Source: Bacteroidia bacterium
GTDB taxonomy: Bacteria; Bacteroidota; Bacteroidia; Bacteroidales; VadinHA17
DNA length: 10,242 nt
NCBI GenBank assembly: GCA_026391215.1
Contig: JAPLDX010000135.1
Span: forward strand, 1-10,242
Direction of reading: 5' to 3'
Shown in pieces: positions 7,357 through 10,242 of this stretch. How positions within the stretch are numbered: position 1 is the first letter of the stretch; every line of letters starts with the position of its first letter. A program made the position numbers and the translations under genes. The notes under the pieces were generated by a model. The model ran no database searches and was not told where the DNA came from. It saw only the letters and a list, made by a program, of their open reading frames with translations.

Positions 7357-7570
7357 GTCCCGGTGCATTTAATCATGCTTTGAATCTAAGTGGTGCGACA
7401 AATACTATAGGCACTCTTACCACTGATGCAGATGCAACAACTGTAACATATAACCGGGCAGGAGACCAGACTGTTTTCGCCAGTCCAAATTACAGGAACC
7501 TGACTGTCAGCGGTGGTGGAAATAAGGTAATCCAGGGAAATGTGACTGTAAGCAGGGTACTTACCTTAAA
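6655..7570 (+). repeat. Protein-level tandem repeats of about 100 aa
   Basis: Anchor Tyr codons at 6655, 6952, 7258 and 7449 give periods of 297, 306 and 191 nt. HVLNLAGATNTIGTFTT..YTRAGDQQVF matches HALNLSGATNTIGTLTT..YNRAGDQTVF. Confidence 0.8.
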
Positions 7571-10242
7571 CACGGGGATTGTACGTCTCAACGATTATGA
7601 CCTTATCCTGACCCGTCCCGACAACGCGACAGTCCTGGGGGGAGCTGCATTCGGAGTGACAAACATGATTGAAACAAATGGTCTGGGACACCTGATCCGT
7701 TCCGGGACCCTTAATAATAATAACTATTTTAATATAACATACCCTGTTGGAAGTGGAAGTCCGGTTTATTATAATCCTTTTATTATTACCAATTTACCGG
7801 CAGGAGGTGTTGCCCCAAGAAGTCTTTCAGTCAGAACAACTCCAGTTAATCCGGGTATTCTTACCAACTCGATAAACAGGACCTGGGAGCTCGTTGCGTC
7901 AGGCATAACTACTCAAAGCACAACAGTGTTTTCCTTTGCATATAATAACGGCGAGATCGTTGGTGATCCGCTGTTATTCCAGCCATATACCAACAGCTCA
8001 GACCTGTGGGCTCTTGCAACATTACCTTCCGTCCCGGGATCAAACCCGGCAACATCTACAGGCAGTTCAACCATAACAGGGTCATGGACAGTAGGATCAG
8101 CAAATACATACTACTCCTACCAGACAGGATTCTGGGACCTGCCAAGCACATGGACATTTGATCCGGGTGGCACCACAGGCCCAGGCTCAACTGTGCCGTC
8201 CCAGAACGACAAGGTGGTGATCCTTTCCGGACGAACAGTAACCCTTCAGGCAAATGACATCACTCCAAACCTTGACATTACAATCAATAACGGAGGTATT
8301 ATTGATCAGGGAACCTTCAGATTTGCAAACACGTTTAATGCATTAAGAGGTCCGGGTACTCTTAAGCTTTCATCGTCTGATTTCCCTGCAGCTGTTGTCA
8401 ATACTTTTGTTACTACAGACGGAGGAACTACCGAATACAATCATAACGATATAATGTCCTCTGCTCAGACTGTCTATTATCATTTGTCTGTAAAAACTGC
8501 CGGAACTGTAACACTTATAAGCAATATCACTTTAAATGGCGACCTGAATGTTAAGCAGGGGACTTTCAGCATCAACAACGGAACTGCCAGAAGAATAAAC
8601 CTTGTCATCAAAGGGAATCTGAATGTTGATAGCCCGGGGGCTATTATTACCGGTACAGGAGGAACCAACACAACGACCAACCCTCGTGGCTTAACAGGAA
8701 GCACGAGCGGATTCCTGAACTACTATGAACTTGAATCACACAGAATTCAGGTTTACGGAGATTTCACAAACAACGGATCCGTAAGATTCACCAACCTGAC
8801 TTATCCTGTTTATAACAAGCTGGCTTCTAATGGTTTTGCCACTCTATATTTTAACGGTTCTTCTGATAGAACCATCACATGCAACGGGCAAACTATATTT
8901 TATAACCTGGTGGTTGACAAGGGATCTGGCCAGACCTATAAGCTTACGATTAATTCATCTGATTATTCCAATTTCAGGCTTTATGGCGCCAACATTGCTG
9001 AAGGAAGCACTACGCTCCCTGATGCGACAGATGCTAATCCGAATCTTAAGAAAGCACTGTGGATAAAAAACGGGACACTTGTTTTGAAGGGATTAACTGT
9101 AATTCCTTCACTCTCAGAAGGTGCTGTAAACACCTGGGTTACAAGTGATTTCATTATACCAGCAAACGGAGCGCTCATACTCGATGGCGCAGGCGCTATT
9201 GTACAATCAACTGCCGACAGCTATACTGAGATCAATGCTGCTTACGGGCTCGCCGGAGGTACAGATGTGCTTTATGGAATTAATCCTTCCGGAGGAAACA
9301 GCGGACTGATAATGCTTGGCAAGCTGCAGGTAAACAATGGATATCTCTCTACTCGCGAATCATCAGGATTGCTTTATTACAGTTACGCATCAGGGCAGTT
9401 TATCCAGAATGGCGGTAAGGTTGATACAAAACAGTTTCACAATCCTGAAGGAGGGACTAATTCTCTTGTATCATACCTTCAAACTGGTGGTGAAATGCTT
9501 ATCCGGGGACGTTTTACTAACATTATTAACTACACGAGTCCCGATGATCTGATCGATGCTCAGGTAAACACAGCGAGAGCGTTGAACGGAGTGGATAATG
9601 CAAATCCGGGAATAGGCGCTTTCAGTATCTGCAACAATGCAGCCAACGGATTTTCGATGGGAGGGGGTATGCTTTCCATTCTTGATGTATGCAATCCAAC
9701 AACTGCACTGGCATATGTAGTCAACTGTCCGGCTTCCAATATAAATGTCACAGGGGGAACTGTTAAGATAGTCCCTACTAATGGAAGCGTACTTGCTGAT
9801 GCTGATTACCTTATTAGCACAACAGGACCAATTTCAGATTTAATTATTGATGAGCAGAGCGGAACATCTGTCGTAAGTCTGAATACCTATCCTCTGACCG
9901 TTCTTAATGATCTGACAATCACAGAAGGAGATTTCGTTGCGAGCAACCTGGATGTTACGGTTGGAGGAAATTTCTCAATTGCTTCAGGTACGACATATAC
10001 CGCAGGCACCAATACCACGACATTCAATGGCAGCGGGGATCAGACATTTACTATAAACATTGCAGCCGCACAGACGCTTAACAATCTTACAATAACCAAA
10101 CCAGCGGGAAAGAAGCTGACTTTTGCAGGTTCCCAGACAACTGTAAATGTAACAGGTGATTTCAGGCTTGTGGCAGGGATTATGAATGATAACGGCAATA
10201 CTATCAATATTGCCGGGAATCTGTTTAATTCCGGAATTCACA
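7353..10242 (+). CDS. Continuation of the giant surface protein (partial, runs off the window); beta-solenoid-like repeats, probable type IX secretion cargo or adhesin
   Basis: Hand translation shows frame 3 has no stop from 7275 to the window end. The first ATG is 7353 (963 codons to the edge). Sequence includes AAARTLAVTGNLSGDGTIDM.., YYSYQTGFWDLPSTWTFDP.., FYNLVVDKG.. and TTTFNGSGDQTF... The T9SS sorting domain is not visible in the window, so that call is inferred. Confidence 0.88.
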   Translation, partial: MSPGAFNHALNLSGATNTIGTLTTDADATTVTYNRAGDQTVFASPNYRNLTVSGGGNKVIQGNVTVSRVLTLNTGIVRLNDYDLILTRPDNATVLGGAAFGVTNMIETNGLGHLIRSGTLNNNNYFNITYPVGSGSPVYYNPFIITNLPAGGVAPRSLSVRTTPVNPGILTNSINRTWELVASGITTQSTTVFSFAYNNGEIVGDPLLFQPYTNSSDLWALATLPSVPGSNPATSTGSSTITGSWTVGSANTYYSYQTGFWDLPSTWTFDPGGTTGPGSTVPSQNDKVVILSGRTVTLQANDITPNLDITINNGGIIDQGTFRFANTFNALRGPGTLKLSSSDFPAAVVNTFVTTDGGTTEYNHNDIMSSAQTVYYHLSVKTAGTVTLISNITLNGDLNVKQGTFSINNGTARRINLVIKGNLNVDSPGAIITGTGGTNTTTNPRGLTGSTSGFLNYYELESHRIQVYGDFTNNGSVRFTNLTYPVYNKLASNGFATLYFNGSSDRTITCNGQTIFYNLVVDKGSGQTYKLTINSSDYSNFRLYGANIAEGSTTLPDATDANPNLKKALWIKNGTLVLKGLTVIPSLSEGAVNTWVTSDFIIPANGALILDGAGAIVQSTADSYTEINAAYGLAGGTDVLYGINPSGGNSGLIMLGKLQVNNGYLSTRESSGLLYYSYASGQFIQNGGKVDTKQFHNPEGGTNSLVSYLQTGGEMLIRGRFTNIINYTSPDDLIDAQVNTARALNGVDNANPGIGAFSICNNAANGFSMGGGMLSILDVCNPTTALAYVVNCPASNINVTGGTVKIVPTNGSVLADADYLISTTGPISDLIIDEQSGTSVVSLNTYPLTVLNDLTITEGDFVASNLDVTVGGNFSIASGTTYTAGTNTTTFNGSGDQTFTINIAAAQTLNNLTITKPAGKKLTFAGSQTTVNVTGDFRLVAGIMNDNGNTINIAGNLFNSGIH

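Noticed and set aside
675-10241. Other short ORFs in the track (675, 1984, 3177, 4552, 5888, 6672, 8056, 8480, 8830, 8981, 9337, 9560, 9984)
   Set aside because: They are antisense or off-frame shadows of long genes, or have no recognisable motif. Those beyond 8000 lie within the open frame-3 CDS.

Overview
Bacteroidetes-type (probably Bacteroidales) window, judged by TAnnTTTG promoters, signal peptides cleaved before Gln, a FISUMP lipoprotein and a MacB/FtsX permease. Left to right: a probable 3' end of an upstream gene, a REP-like hairpin, a MacB/FtsX ABC permease with intrinsic terminator, an AT-rich S41 peptidase, a 139-bp transposase-less element with IS21-like TG..CA ends, and an FN3+FISUMP lipoprotein that seems to have lost its native stop and runs into a convergent tRNA-Val(TAC). 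An IHF-consensus site lies just past the tRNA 3' end and a second REP-like hairpin lies in its leader. From 6091 to the window edge is a giant secreted repeat protein. It is split at about 7295 by an apparent deletion of roughly 110 nt, and its second part (over 960 aa, frame 3) is missing from the supplied ORF track. No integrase, transposase, reverse transcriptase or CRISPR is visible. I cannot claim a complete novel system. The two apparent deletion junctions may be real or assembly artefacts.
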